Source of the DNA: a virus
Length of the DNA: 64,000 nucleotides
Virus record (IMG/VR): IMGVR_UViG_3300020463_002440
Span: 32,001 to 96,000 of that record
Reading direction: 5' to 3' (one strand)
Made by a program: the position numbers and the translations under genes. The notes under the pieces were generated by a model. The model did not search any database and had not been told where the DNA came from. It saw only the letters and a program-made list of their open reading frames with translations. Shown here piece after piece: positions 17,650 to 25,038 of the stretch (position 1 is its first letter; the number at the start of each line of letters is the position of its first letter).

Positions 17650-17678
17650 TTGACATTCTTTATGAAATAGATTAGAAT
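17650..17678 (+). promoter_or_regulatory. Early sigma70-type promoter
   Basis: TTGACA(17650)-17-TAGAAT(17673). Confidence 0.85.
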
Positions 17679-17710
17679 ATACATTCAACAATTGAAAAAG
17701 GAATCAAATA

Positions 17711-17944
17711 ATGTCTACTGAATTGAGAACTGTTCCAACAACAGATATTCAACAAACGCGTTTCTTTGGTGGAAAAGACCGAGGAACATGTATTCAATTA
17801 ACGCCACCATGGCAATCACAAGGTCACATTCAGCTAACTCGTAAACAGGCTGCTGAGTTGGCTGCAGAATTAACGCTGTTCGCAAATGGTGAAGAAGTTG
17901 CCGAGCATCTACTACCTCTATTCCAAGTTGTCAAAAATAAATGA
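17711..17944 (+). CDS. Hypothetical early protein
   Basis: AAGGA SD; TRFFGG..RG.C.Q motif. Confidence 0.7.
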   Translation: MSTELRTVPTTDIQQTRFFGGKDRGTCIQLTPPWQSQGHIQLTRKQAAELAAELTLFANGEEVAEHLLPLFQVVKNK

Positions 17945-17953
17945 AAAAAACTA

Positions 17954-17982
17954 TTGACATCATAAAGAAACTATGGTATAAT
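17954..17982 (+). promoter_or_regulatory. Early sigma70-type promoter
   Basis: TTGACA(17954)-17-TATAAT(17977). Confidence 0.9.
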
Positions 17983-18016
17983 GGTTGTATAAATTAAATT
18001 AATCAGGAAATAAATT

Positions 18017-18295
18017 ATGAAATTATCAAAAAGTGAAATGACTAAATTAGAAACTTTAATCAATAAAGCTGAAGGTACTGATGTATCGGTTATCATTCAG
18101 ATGATTAAGGCAAAGCAAAGAAACGATCAGTTTAAAGCTGCTAAGTCTTTTGAAGTTGGTCAAACTGTTTCCTTTACTACAAGGATCGGCGAAAAGATCG
18201 TTGGTGAAGTTATGAAAGTCAATACCAAGAACATCAAGGTAAGGACTCCTCAAGGTAACTGGAATGTTACTGCTTCATTACTGTCAGCTGCATAG
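18017..18295 (+). CDS. Small SH3/KOW-like beta-barrel early protein
   Basis: FEVGQTVSF...G.V.KVN.K.I.V....G.W.V; ends in SAA. Confidence 0.65.
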   Translation: MKLSKSEMTKLETLINKAEGTDVSVIIQMIKAKQRNDQFKAAKSFEVGQTVSFTTRIGEKIVGEVMKVNTKNIKVRTPQGNWNVTASLLSAA

Positions 18296-18311
18296 GACGT
18301 TCTGTCCGACC

Positions 18312-18341
18312 GAAGAGCCTATCTATCTTGGTAGGCTTTTC
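18312..18341 (+). terminator. Intrinsic terminator-like hairpin
   Basis: gaagagcctatc-tatctt-ggtaggcttttc. Confidence 0.55.
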
Positions 18342-18372
18342 ACTACCCAACTATTAACATAGAGGAAAGTAA

Positions 18373-18576
18373 ATGAGTAATGTAATTAAATTTCCAATGG
18401 ATCGTATTCGATTAAGTCCAAATGCAGAAGACTTTTTTGCTGATAGAATTTGCGACCAAGCAGATCAACTTGAAGAGCAACTGAACGATGTCTTGAGTCA
18501 AGCAATTGCTATTGAAGAACAGACAGCACGTCTTCTTAAAATGATGGAAGCAATAGATGAGGATGATCATGTTTGA
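18373..18576 (+). CDS. Hypothetical protein
   Basis: GAGGA SD; NVIKFP N-terminus; acidic coiled coil. Confidence 0.65.
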   Translation: MSNVIKFPMDRIRLSPNAEDFFADRICDQADQLEEQLNDVLSQAIAIEEQTARLLKMMEAIDEDDHV

Positions 18577-18724
18577 TTGGAATCACATTGTGAAAATGAC
18601 TATAATATTTTCAGTGTTTTTGTTTTTGATGTTGGCAATGCAATCTAGCATAAACCATTGGACACCAGAAAAAATGTATTTTGATGCGCCAAACCAGTCC
18701 TTTGAGACAGATAAGATTGCATAG
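18569..18724 (+). CDS. Small membrane protein (51 aa, not in the ORF track)
   Basis: MFDWNHIVKMTIIFSVFLFLMLAMQ...; GAGGA SD. Confidence 0.6.
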   Translation: MFDWNHIVKMTIIFSVFLFLMLAMQSSINHWTPEKMYFDAPNQSFETDKIA

Positions 18725-18733
18725 CATAAACTA

Positions 18734-18762
18734 TTGACATTTTCTTTTAACTTTGATATAAT
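18734..18762 (+). promoter_or_regulatory. Early sigma70-type promoter
   Basis: TTGACA(18734)-17-TATAAT(18757). Confidence 0.9.
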
Positions 18763-18769
18763 ATACATT

Positions 18770-19327
18770 ATGAATATTTTTATTTTAGACAACGATCCAA
18801 TAAAAGCAGCTCAATCTCAGTGCGACAAGCATGTCGTAAAAATGATTATTGAGTCTGCTCAGATGTTATCGACCGTTCATCGTATGTTGGACGGCAAAAT
18901 GGAACGCAGGCCTTCAAAGTCTGGTTCTATGTTAAAGTATTATTACCTTGAAGACAGTCGAGAAGATACACTCTACAAAGCCTGTCATCATAATCATCCG
19001 TCCACAGTTTGGACGAGAGAATCCAAAGCCAACTATGATTGGCACTACAAACACTTTGTTGCGTTATGTGATGAATACACTTATCGTTATGGTAAGATCC
19101 ATATGACAGATACTAAATTAAGACAAGCATTAAAATATTTTCCAACTAATATACCTGATATAGGACCAACTAAATTTAAGTTAGCAATGAGTTCTAATCC
19201 TGAGTGTATATTTGAGGATGCAGTTAAATCGTATCGTGCTTTTTATCATACCAAAGAAGAAAGATTTAAATTGGTGTGGAGTAAAAGACCGATTCCTGAC
19301 TGGTGGCAAGGTCGGAGATTAGCTTAG
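18770..19327 (+). CDS. Pyrimidine-dimer DNA glycosylase/DenV-family protein
   Basis: MNIFILD..P..AAQ..CDKHVVKMI.ESAQMLST, H.NHPST.W.RES..NY.W, L..EYTYRYGK.H. Confidence 0.75.
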   Translation: MNIFILDNDPIKAAQSQCDKHVVKMIIESAQMLSTVHRMLDGKMERRPSKSGSMLKYYYLEDSREDTLYKACHHNHPSTVWTRESKANYDWHYKHFVALCDEYTYRYGKIHMTDTKLRQALKYFPTNIPDIGPTKFKLAMSSNPECIFEDAVKSYRAFYHTKEERFKLVWSKRPIPDWWQGRRLA

Positions 19328-19359
19328 TTATAATTATGGTAATTAAATAGGAGTGTAAT

Positions 19360-19587
19360 ATGCAAAAGAAACTAGGAGAGCAGCTATTAAGCGATGCCAA
19401 AAGAAGAATCATTTCAAAAGATGATTTACTTGAAGCTTGTTTAAAAACTTTAACCGATGATCAGATATACGAAATAGCAATTGCTAATGATTTTGTAATG
19501 ACTGAAAACGAAGATGCAAATATTGATATGGAGAATTCTCCGCAACAACGAATCATTGATGCGGTCTTGGCACGACATGGAGATTAA
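19360..19587 (+). CDS. Hypothetical protein
   Basis: AGGAG SD; 75 aa. Confidence 0.65.
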   Translation: MQKKLGEQLLSDAKRRIISKDDLLEACLKTLTDDQIYEIAIANDFVMTENEDANIDMENSPQQRIIDAVLARHGD

Positions 19588-19798
19588 CTTAAGTATGGAT
19601 CTTTGGATGTATTGGGTAACTGCAATTGTATTTACAGCTCTTGGTTACGCATTTGCACGAGATAAAAAAGCTTCTTTCGAAGAATCAAGACGAATTACAC
19701 AAGAAACTATTGATACTCTAATTGAAATGGGGTTTATAAAAACTCGTCTTGATGACAATAATGAAATTGAACTAGTCAAATACGAAGAGGAAATTTAA
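19577..19798 (+). CDS. Small membrane protein
   Basis: TM segment then TID.LI..GF; start moved to MEINL. Confidence 0.6.
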   Translation: MEINLSMDLWMYWVTAIVFTALGYAFARDKKASFEESRRITQETIDTLIEMGFIKTRLDDNNEIELVKYEEEI

Positions 19799-19999
19799 AT
19801 GGAAATACCAGCAGTAAGTTCTACAGGACCTACTCCAACTTATCGGTTTCAACAGAATAATGTTGAATATGATACTCGTACTGTTAAAGTAACAACAAAA
19901 GTAATGAACGATTATCAACAAGAAACAATTTACACATACGATAAGTATGGCCACTTACAGTCAACAGTGATTCACAAATCGGATATTGCTTTAATATGA
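19799..19999 (+). CDS. Hypothetical protein
   Basis: GAGGA SD; YTYDKYG motif. Confidence 0.6.
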   Translation: MEIPAVSSTGPTPTYRFQQNNVEYDTRTVKVTTKVMNDYQQETIYTYDKYGHLQSTVIHKSDIALI

Positions 20000-20187
20000 T
20001 ATCAGATTTTACACTTTTTAATGTTTCTATTATTAATCCATCCACAATGGAAAAAATTGACCAAGGTGAGATGAGATATAAACACGCAAAAGATTTTCTT
20101 AATAAAATGGATAAGAAAGGAATACCTGTAATTGTTGAAGCAATCAACGATTCTGATGTAGCAGATTTCATATTATCAAATAATTAA
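19996..20187 (+). CDS. Hypothetical protein
   Basis: ATGA coupling; 63 aa. Confidence 0.6.
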   Translation: MISDFTLFNVSIINPSTMEKIDQGEMRYKHAKDFLNKMDKKGIPVIVEAINDSDVADFILSNN

Positions 20188-20206
20188 ACTTTTTTCATAA
20201 AAACTA

Positions 20207-20235
20207 TTGACATTCATTATGAACTATAGTATAAT
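20207..20235 (+). promoter_or_regulatory. Early sigma70-type promoter driving the non-coding unit
   Basis: TTGACA(20207)-17-TATAAT(20230). Confidence 0.9.
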
Positions 20236-20241
20236 AGACGT

Positions 20242-20922
20242 ATATTGAGGGAAACACCCCCGACTCGCAAGAGAAATGGTAAAATGCAATTACCAAAGCG
20301 ACGGAGATATCTCGAGGTCATAAAAGTTGTTCTTATCAAACAAAGGCCGAGAAAAAACAGGTGGACAAACCCGACTGGCAGCTGAAGCTGTTGAGTATAT
20401 CCAATCGTAACAGATATATTCGGACAGAGTAATGAGAGGGCCAATACTGGAAAGTATGTAATTATACGGGTACAGAACAAATCAATAGAGACTGAGGCGA
20501 GCCCGAGTTTGAAGAAACGCTCGAAACTAAAGTGGATTAAATTCCCGCAGTCCGAAAAGAGATAGGTTTAGCTTGCAAGCTAAACGACACAAGACGGCAG
20601 TCTAGGATCTTCTCTTTTTTACTTGAGAGTATGCTTAAGTGTTACCCAAGAAACTAGAGTTAACGAAGTACGATGTAAGTCCGAGGCCAGCCAGTCGACC
20701 TAATAGTTTTACTTGGAATGCTACGATTAACAATTCAGCATTATTTAACGAATTACGTTAACACAGCATTCCATTTTCTAGGTGGTTAGAAACCGCAGCT
20801 TAGTCGGCTGTTCCTTTAGAAAGGATCCAATAACAAATGACGATTGTGAGGCATGAGTTCTACACCGAGGCGGTTCTTGTCATACCTTTGATGGGTGTAT
20901 ATGGAAGAACCGCCGTTTTTTT
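20242..20922 (+). ncRNA. Candidate large structured non-coding RNA (~620-680 nt)
   Basis: No + strand ORF in the track over ~700 nt of a gene-dense genome; own promoter and terminator; more GC-rich than flanks; over 12 local hairpins (GCAA and GGAA tetraloops) plus nested long-range helices. Confidence 0.75.
20869..20922 (+). terminator. Intrinsic terminator closing the ncRNA, just upstream of hemC
   Basis: GGCGGTTCTT(20869-78)/AAGAACCGCC(20905-14) followed by G-T7. Confidence 0.75.
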
Positions 20923-20936
20923 ATTAAGGACATAAT

Positions 20937-21779
20937 ATGATTCCATTAATTGGAACAAGAAAATCAAAACTTGCTCTTGCATATACTAACAAAGCAATAA
21001 AACGTTTAGATATTTCACTTACAACTGTCCTCATTGATTCAGAAGCAGATCTTAAACCTGATGTTACTATTGAAGAATTAGGTAATAAAGGAGTCTTTTC
21101 TAAAGAGGCTGAAACCTCTCTAATTAATAATCATATTGATATTGCATGTCATGCATACAAAGATCTTACAAGAGATAACGATCACCTTCTAGAAATATCC
21201 TGCGTACTACCAAGAGCTGACTTTAGAGATTGTTTAATTGGTAATAATATAAATCCAAGAACAATAGGTACAAGCTCTCCAAGAAGATTATTTCAATTAC
21301 AAGAATTATATCCAAATGCACAGATAGTTCCTATTCGTGGTAACATAGATACTCGAATACAAAAACAAGAGAACGGTGAATATGATGCAATTGTTTTAGC
21401 AAAAGCTGGTCTTGATTCTTTAAACCTTACTCACAAAGCAAGTAGAATATTTGGAACTGCAGATATGTTGCCTGCACCAGGACAAGGAGTTATTGCTTTA
21501 CAGACAAGAATACCAAATAATGATAGAGATCGCGATATTACAGGAATGTTATGGGCAAGAAATCATATTGACACTTGGTATACAGTAATGGCTGAAAAAG
21601 CAATGCTTAAAGAAATAAATGGAGACTGCCATACTCCAATTGGTGTATTATCATATGTTGAAAATAATACATTACACATGGTTGCGAAACACTTTGAAAC
21701 AGATAAGCTAAGTTTGAATAAAGGTCCTATTGAAGAATATAATGAAATAGGTTCGCAGCTCGGCAAATCTTTAATATGA
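20937..21779 (+). CDS. hemC: Porphobilinogen deaminase (hydroxymethylbilane synthase)
   Basis: IGTRKSKLA, G.KGVFSKE, H..KD (catalytic Asp), GTSSPRR, IRGNIDTR, DAIVLA.AGL, PAPGQG, GDCHTPIG (cofactor Cys). Confidence 0.92.
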   Translation: MIPLIGTRKSKLALAYTNKAIKRLDISLTTVLIDSEADLKPDVTIEELGNKGVFSKEAETSLINNHIDIACHAYKDLTRDNDHLLEISCVLPRADFRDCLIGNNINPRTIGTSSPRRLFQLQELYPNAQIVPIRGNIDTRIQKQENGEYDAIVLAKAGLDSLNLTHKASRIFGTADMLPAPGQGVIALQTRIPNNDRDRDITGMLWARNHIDTWYTVMAEKAMLKEINGDCHTPIGVLSYVENNTLHMVAKHFETDKLSLNKGPIEEYNEIGSQLGKSLI

Positions 21780-21994
21780 AACAAAGAACAAAACAAATAC
21801 ATAAAGAAACATCATTTCAAATTGCTACAGGATTAGCTATAAATTACCCTTTAAACCTCTTTTTACTGTATATCTATATAGAACGGTTTGGCATTACTGA
21901 CCCTGTCATGTTGGGCACTCTAGTCACTTTAGTTATGACTATTGTGGCATACACTAGAATCTTTCTGATTCGATCTTATTTCTCTAAAAAATAA
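21776..21994 (+). CDS. Small 2-TM membrane protein
   Basis: Two hydrophobic helices, RIFLIR.YF C-terminus; ATGA coupling to hemC. Confidence 0.65.
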   Translation: MKQRTKQIHKETSFQIATGLAINYPLNLFLLYIYIERFGITDPVMLGTLVTLVMTIVAYTRIFLIRSYFSKK

Positions 21995-22017
21995 CTGAAC
22001 TTTTTCTCATAAAACTA

Positions 22018-22046
22018 TTGACATTTGCTCTCATATAGAGTATAAT
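22018..22046 (+). promoter_or_regulatory. Early sigma70-type promoter
   Basis: TTGACA(22018)-17-TATAAT(22041). Confidence 0.9.
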
Positions 22047-22075
22047 TGTATTATAAAATGGAAAAAGGAATTAAA

Positions 22076-22411
22076 ATGAATAGAGTAGATATGATAGAGA
22101 TTTGGGATTCAGTTGAATTTAAAATTAACGGAGTTCATCACAGAGGTTTCATCAAAGAATTAAGAAAAGATGGAATGTCAGTTAAAGTCATTGAACAAGA
22201 TTTCGTAAACAGTTACCATGATGAAAGCTTTGATGCTTTTATGTTAGATATTAATGAATCTGAATTTGATTCTTTTAAATTAGAAATATGGTCTGATGGT
22301 AGAGGTGGAGACAATTCTGCTATTGGAGTTCAAGGCTGTCATGAACCATGGAAATTGGTTTGGATGCCTGCCGCTGAATTTGATGAATGGAAAAACAGGA
22401 GGGCTGCATAA
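22076..22411 (+). CDS. Hypothetical early protein
   Basis: Start at MNRV behind AAGGA; ends in RAA. Confidence 0.7.
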   Translation: MNRVDMIEIWDSVEFKINGVHHRGFIKELRKDGMSVKVIEQDFVNSYHDESFDAFMLDINESEFDSFKLEIWSDGRGGDNSAIGVQGCHEPWKLVWMPAAEFDEWKNRRAA

Positions 22412-22533
22412 TGAGTTGTGAATTTAAAGATGCAATGATGGAGTCTTTAGTTCAAGAAGCCGAAGAGTTAGGACTTAGCGGTGATGAATTAGAGAACTGG
22501 GTCGAAGAGCAATTTGACATGAGATTGAGATAA
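22411..22533 (+). CDS. Small acidic protein (40 aa, not in the ORF track)
   Basis: TAATG coupling; MSCEFKDAMMESLVQEAEELGLSGDELENWVEEQFDMRLR. Confidence 0.6.
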   Translation: MSCEFKDAMMESLVQEAEELGLSGDELENWVEEQFDMRLR

Positions 22534-22558
22534 AAAAAGGCAACCCCGAAGGGTTGCC
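22532..22558 (-). terminator. T4-type cUUCGg terminator after the major capsid gene
   Basis: - strand GGCAACCC-TTCG-GGGTTGCC-T7. Confidence 0.9.
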
Positions 22559-22611
22559 CAAATGTTCCGAAGAACTTTTAATTGTGGTTTAGTTGACCTA
22601 AACTCTTAGTA

Positions 22612-23922
22612 TTAGAATAAGTTAGAGATTCTTACTTTTCTGTAATACTTGTTGGTATCCTGAGTCAATGCACCAGAACCTTGTGAGGCTCCTTCAGCAA
22701 AAGGATTAGCAACCATACCGTAACGAGTTTTAAAACCAATTTTCGGTTGGAAACTATTTTCACCAACGGCACGAACCATTTGCAATGGTACGTAAGGACA
22801 ATAGAATAGTCCAGCGTCAAATGCGCTTGAACCTTTATATCCAACTACTAAGTAGTTTCCGCCTGCGAAAGGATCAACATATACTCTGAATCTTCCGTTA
22901 AGAACACCAGCAAAAGTATTGCCTGTGTCATCAACTTCTAGATTGTTAGAGTTAAGAGCAGGAGTATAGTCGAGAACGCCAGCCATTTGAAGTGCTGAAG
23001 CAACATCAGAAGAACAAATAACAACGTTACCTTTTCCTCTTCTTGTATCTTTAGCGATAGCATTAGCTTCTTGCTCGATTTGGAACATTAAGCCTTTGAA
23101 CTTCTCAACTGACCATCTTCCGTTGGAATCAACGTCAAGGTCGAATACACCAGCAGATGCAGTACCAGCGGCACCTTCAACAGCAGTTGTATAAATTGTT
23201 CTAACAACTTCTCTATTGATCTCTGTTAGGATTTCAGTTTGAAGAATGTTAGCAAGTTCTGTTTCAGCGTCTAAGCCGTGAACAGCCTTAAGATCCTGAG
23301 CAAGCTCAGTTGTATACTCAGCCTTTAGGGCACGAGTCTTAGCAGATACAGTAACCTTCTCGATTGAGAATGCCATTTCTGCATAGTTAGTACCATTACC
23401 ATCACCTAAAGCTTCCGCTTCAGTTGTTCCCATACCAGTACCAGTTGTAATCAACGTAGTATTAGCATTAGGAAGTGTGTTAGCATGAGTACCTGCACCA
23501 GCGAAGTCTGTATCAGCTTCGTTGTACATTGCTTCTGCACCACCTTGTGAGCTGTATCTTGAACGCATTGCGAAGATAAGTCCTGTAGGACCTGTCATCG
23601 GCTGAACACCACAGATGTCATATGCGATTAAGTTAGGTACAGCACGTCTTACCAATGAGATAAGAATTGGGTCGTAACCTGCAACTGGACCAGTTGCTGT
23701 AGCTCCACCACTAAATCCACCTGTTGAGGCGTCGTTAGCATGTGTCTCTGACAACAATGAAGTCATGTTAGCAGATAAGTCACCAGACTCAGTTAGTGCT
23801 TTTTCAGTGTTCTCAAGAATAGTAGCCGTAACTGCTTTTCTATGATTATCACTGATTGGTGAAAAAGATTCGTGCTCTAAGATAGGCTCCCACTTTTCCA
23901 CTAGTCTTTGATAGTTATCCAT
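22612..23922 (-). CDS. gp23: Major capsid protein (T4 gp23)
   Basis: KWEPIL, LVRRA.PNLIAYDICGVQPMTGPTGLIFAMR, FSIEKVTV.AKTRALKAEY, FYCPYVPL, FQPKIGFKTRYG. Confidence 0.98.
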   Translation of the reverse strand: MDNYQRLVEKWEPILEHESFSPISDNHRKAVTATILENTEKALTESGDLSANMTSLLSETHANDASTGGFSGGATATGPVAGYDPILISLVRRAVPNLIAYDICGVQPMTGPTGLIFAMRSRYSSQGGAEAMYNEADTDFAGAGTHANTLPNANTTLITTGTGMGTTEAEALGDGNGTNYAEMAFSIEKVTVSAKTRALKAEYTTELAQDLKAVHGLDAETELANILQTEILTEINREVVRTIYTTAVEGAAGTASAGVFDLDVDSNGRWSVEKFKGLMFQIEQEANAIAKDTRRGKGNVVICSSDVASALQMAGVLDYTPALNSNNLEVDDTGNTFAGVLNGRFRVYVDPFAGGNYLVVGYKGSSAFDAGLFYCPYVPLQMVRAVGENSFQPKIGFKTRYGMVANPFAEGASQGSGALTQDTNKYYRKVRISNLF

Positions 23923-23966
23923 TTTGGATCTCCTTTAATTAATGTTTAATTTAATAAAACCAATTA

Positions 23967-24962
23967 TTAATTATTCTTTTTTCTAGTGTTGAAAGCTTCA
24001 ACAAGAGCATTAATAGAAGTGTGCTCAGAAGCTGGTTTAGTTGCTTCCTGTTCTTCTAGAATAATTTCATCGTTTTCTTCTTGAACATCCTTATTTTCTA
24101 CAATAGGTTTGTCGCTGAAGAACGATTCCTTAATTACTTGAAGATTTTCAGTATAAGACTCAAGATCTTCAATATCAAGCTTTTCAGACAATACTTTCAA
24201 ACGCTCTACCTGATTTTCAGATAAACCTTCTGCTAGTTTGTCAAATTCCTGTCCTGCCTTATAGGTTGAAATTTCTTTCGCAAGCTCAATATTTTCATTT
24301 ACTAAATTATTAGCTTTACCTTCTAAGTCAGAGACCTGTGTTTCTAAGTTTTGAACAACATCAACAGTTTCTTCCGAAACGTTAACATTATGTTCTACGA
24401 ATAAGTTCTTTAGACCTGACATTAATGATTCAGCCATCTCAACCTTAATTCCAGATTCGATTGCTATTTCATTCTCGCCCATCCACTCAGTTACAACGTA
24501 ATCTAAATACTTATCAACATTCTCAGTAATTGATTCTAATTTCTCAGAAACAGTTTCTTCCAATGCTTCGTCTAAAGATTTTGTTAACTCTTCGCGAATT
24601 GTTTCAGTCTGCTTTGCGACTTCTTCGTTTAATGCGGCTTCAAATACTAAAGATATTTTAGATTTGAATTCTTCTGATAATTCTTCGCCTTCGATGATTG
24701 ACTCTATTGAAGATTCTACAACAACCTCTTCGATTGTTTCGACTTCTTCAGTTTCAACTTCTGACTCTTCAGCTGTTGGGACAGGTTTGCCAGCATCACC
24801 TTGTGCAGGTGTTACTTTCTTCGCGTCTACAGCTCCTTTAGGCTCATCAGTTGTAGTCTTTTTCAGCTTATCCTTTTTGCCTTCACCACCCTCAGGTGCT
24901 ACAGCATCAGGTACACTAGAGATACCATCATCAGCAACGAATTTTTCTTCTACGTTTGCCAT
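23967..24962 (-). CDS. gp22: Prohead scaffold/core protein (T4 gp22)
   Basis: LSEEFK.K...FEAA, VDKYLDYVV.EW..EN.IAIESG; between gp21 and gp23. Confidence 0.92.
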   Translation of the reverse strand: MANVEEKFVADDGISSVPDAVAPEGGEGKKDKLKKTTTDEPKGAVDAKKVTPAQGDAGKPVPTAEESEVETEEVETIEEVVVESSIESIIEGEELSEEFKSKISLVFEAALNEEVAKQTETIREELTKSLDEALEETVSEKLESITENVDKYLDYVVTEWMGENEIAIESGIKVEMAESLMSGLKNLFVEHNVNVSEETVDVVQNLETQVSDLEGKANNLVNENIELAKEISTYKAGQEFDKLAEGLSENQVERLKVLSEKLDIEDLESYTENLQVIKESFFSDKPIVENKDVQEENDEIILEEQEATKPASEHTSINALVEAFNTRKKNN

Positions 24963-25025
24963 TATTTTCTCCTTTAAATTTGTTTTTAATTTACAAATAT
25001 CTAATTATAATAAACTTGTCTATTT

Positions 25026-25033
25026 TATTTATA
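25026..25033 (-). promoter_or_regulatory. T4 late promoter
   Basis: TATAAATA upstream of gp22. Confidence 0.8.
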
Positions 25034-25038
25034 AAAAG

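Noticed and set aside
20217-20480. 87-aa - strand ORF over the non-coding region
   Set aside because: No SD, antisense to a strong promoter, runs through that promoter's -10 box, and has atypical composition; treated as a chance ORF.
20242-20922. Identifying the RNA as RNase P RNA, tmRNA, or a group I/II intron
   Set aside because: GAGGGAAACACCC and ACAGAAC only loosely resemble the RNase P GAGGAAAGUCC and ACAGAA elements. There are no tRNA-like ends or CCA, no GUGYG start or domain V, and no interrupted gene. Cannot be fully excluded without covariance models.
1364-22046. Repeated AACTATTGACATTCAT sequence as a CRISPR or mobile-element repeat
   Set aside because: Copies are dispersed, and each is a -35 box with a -10 box 17 nt downstream; they are promoters.
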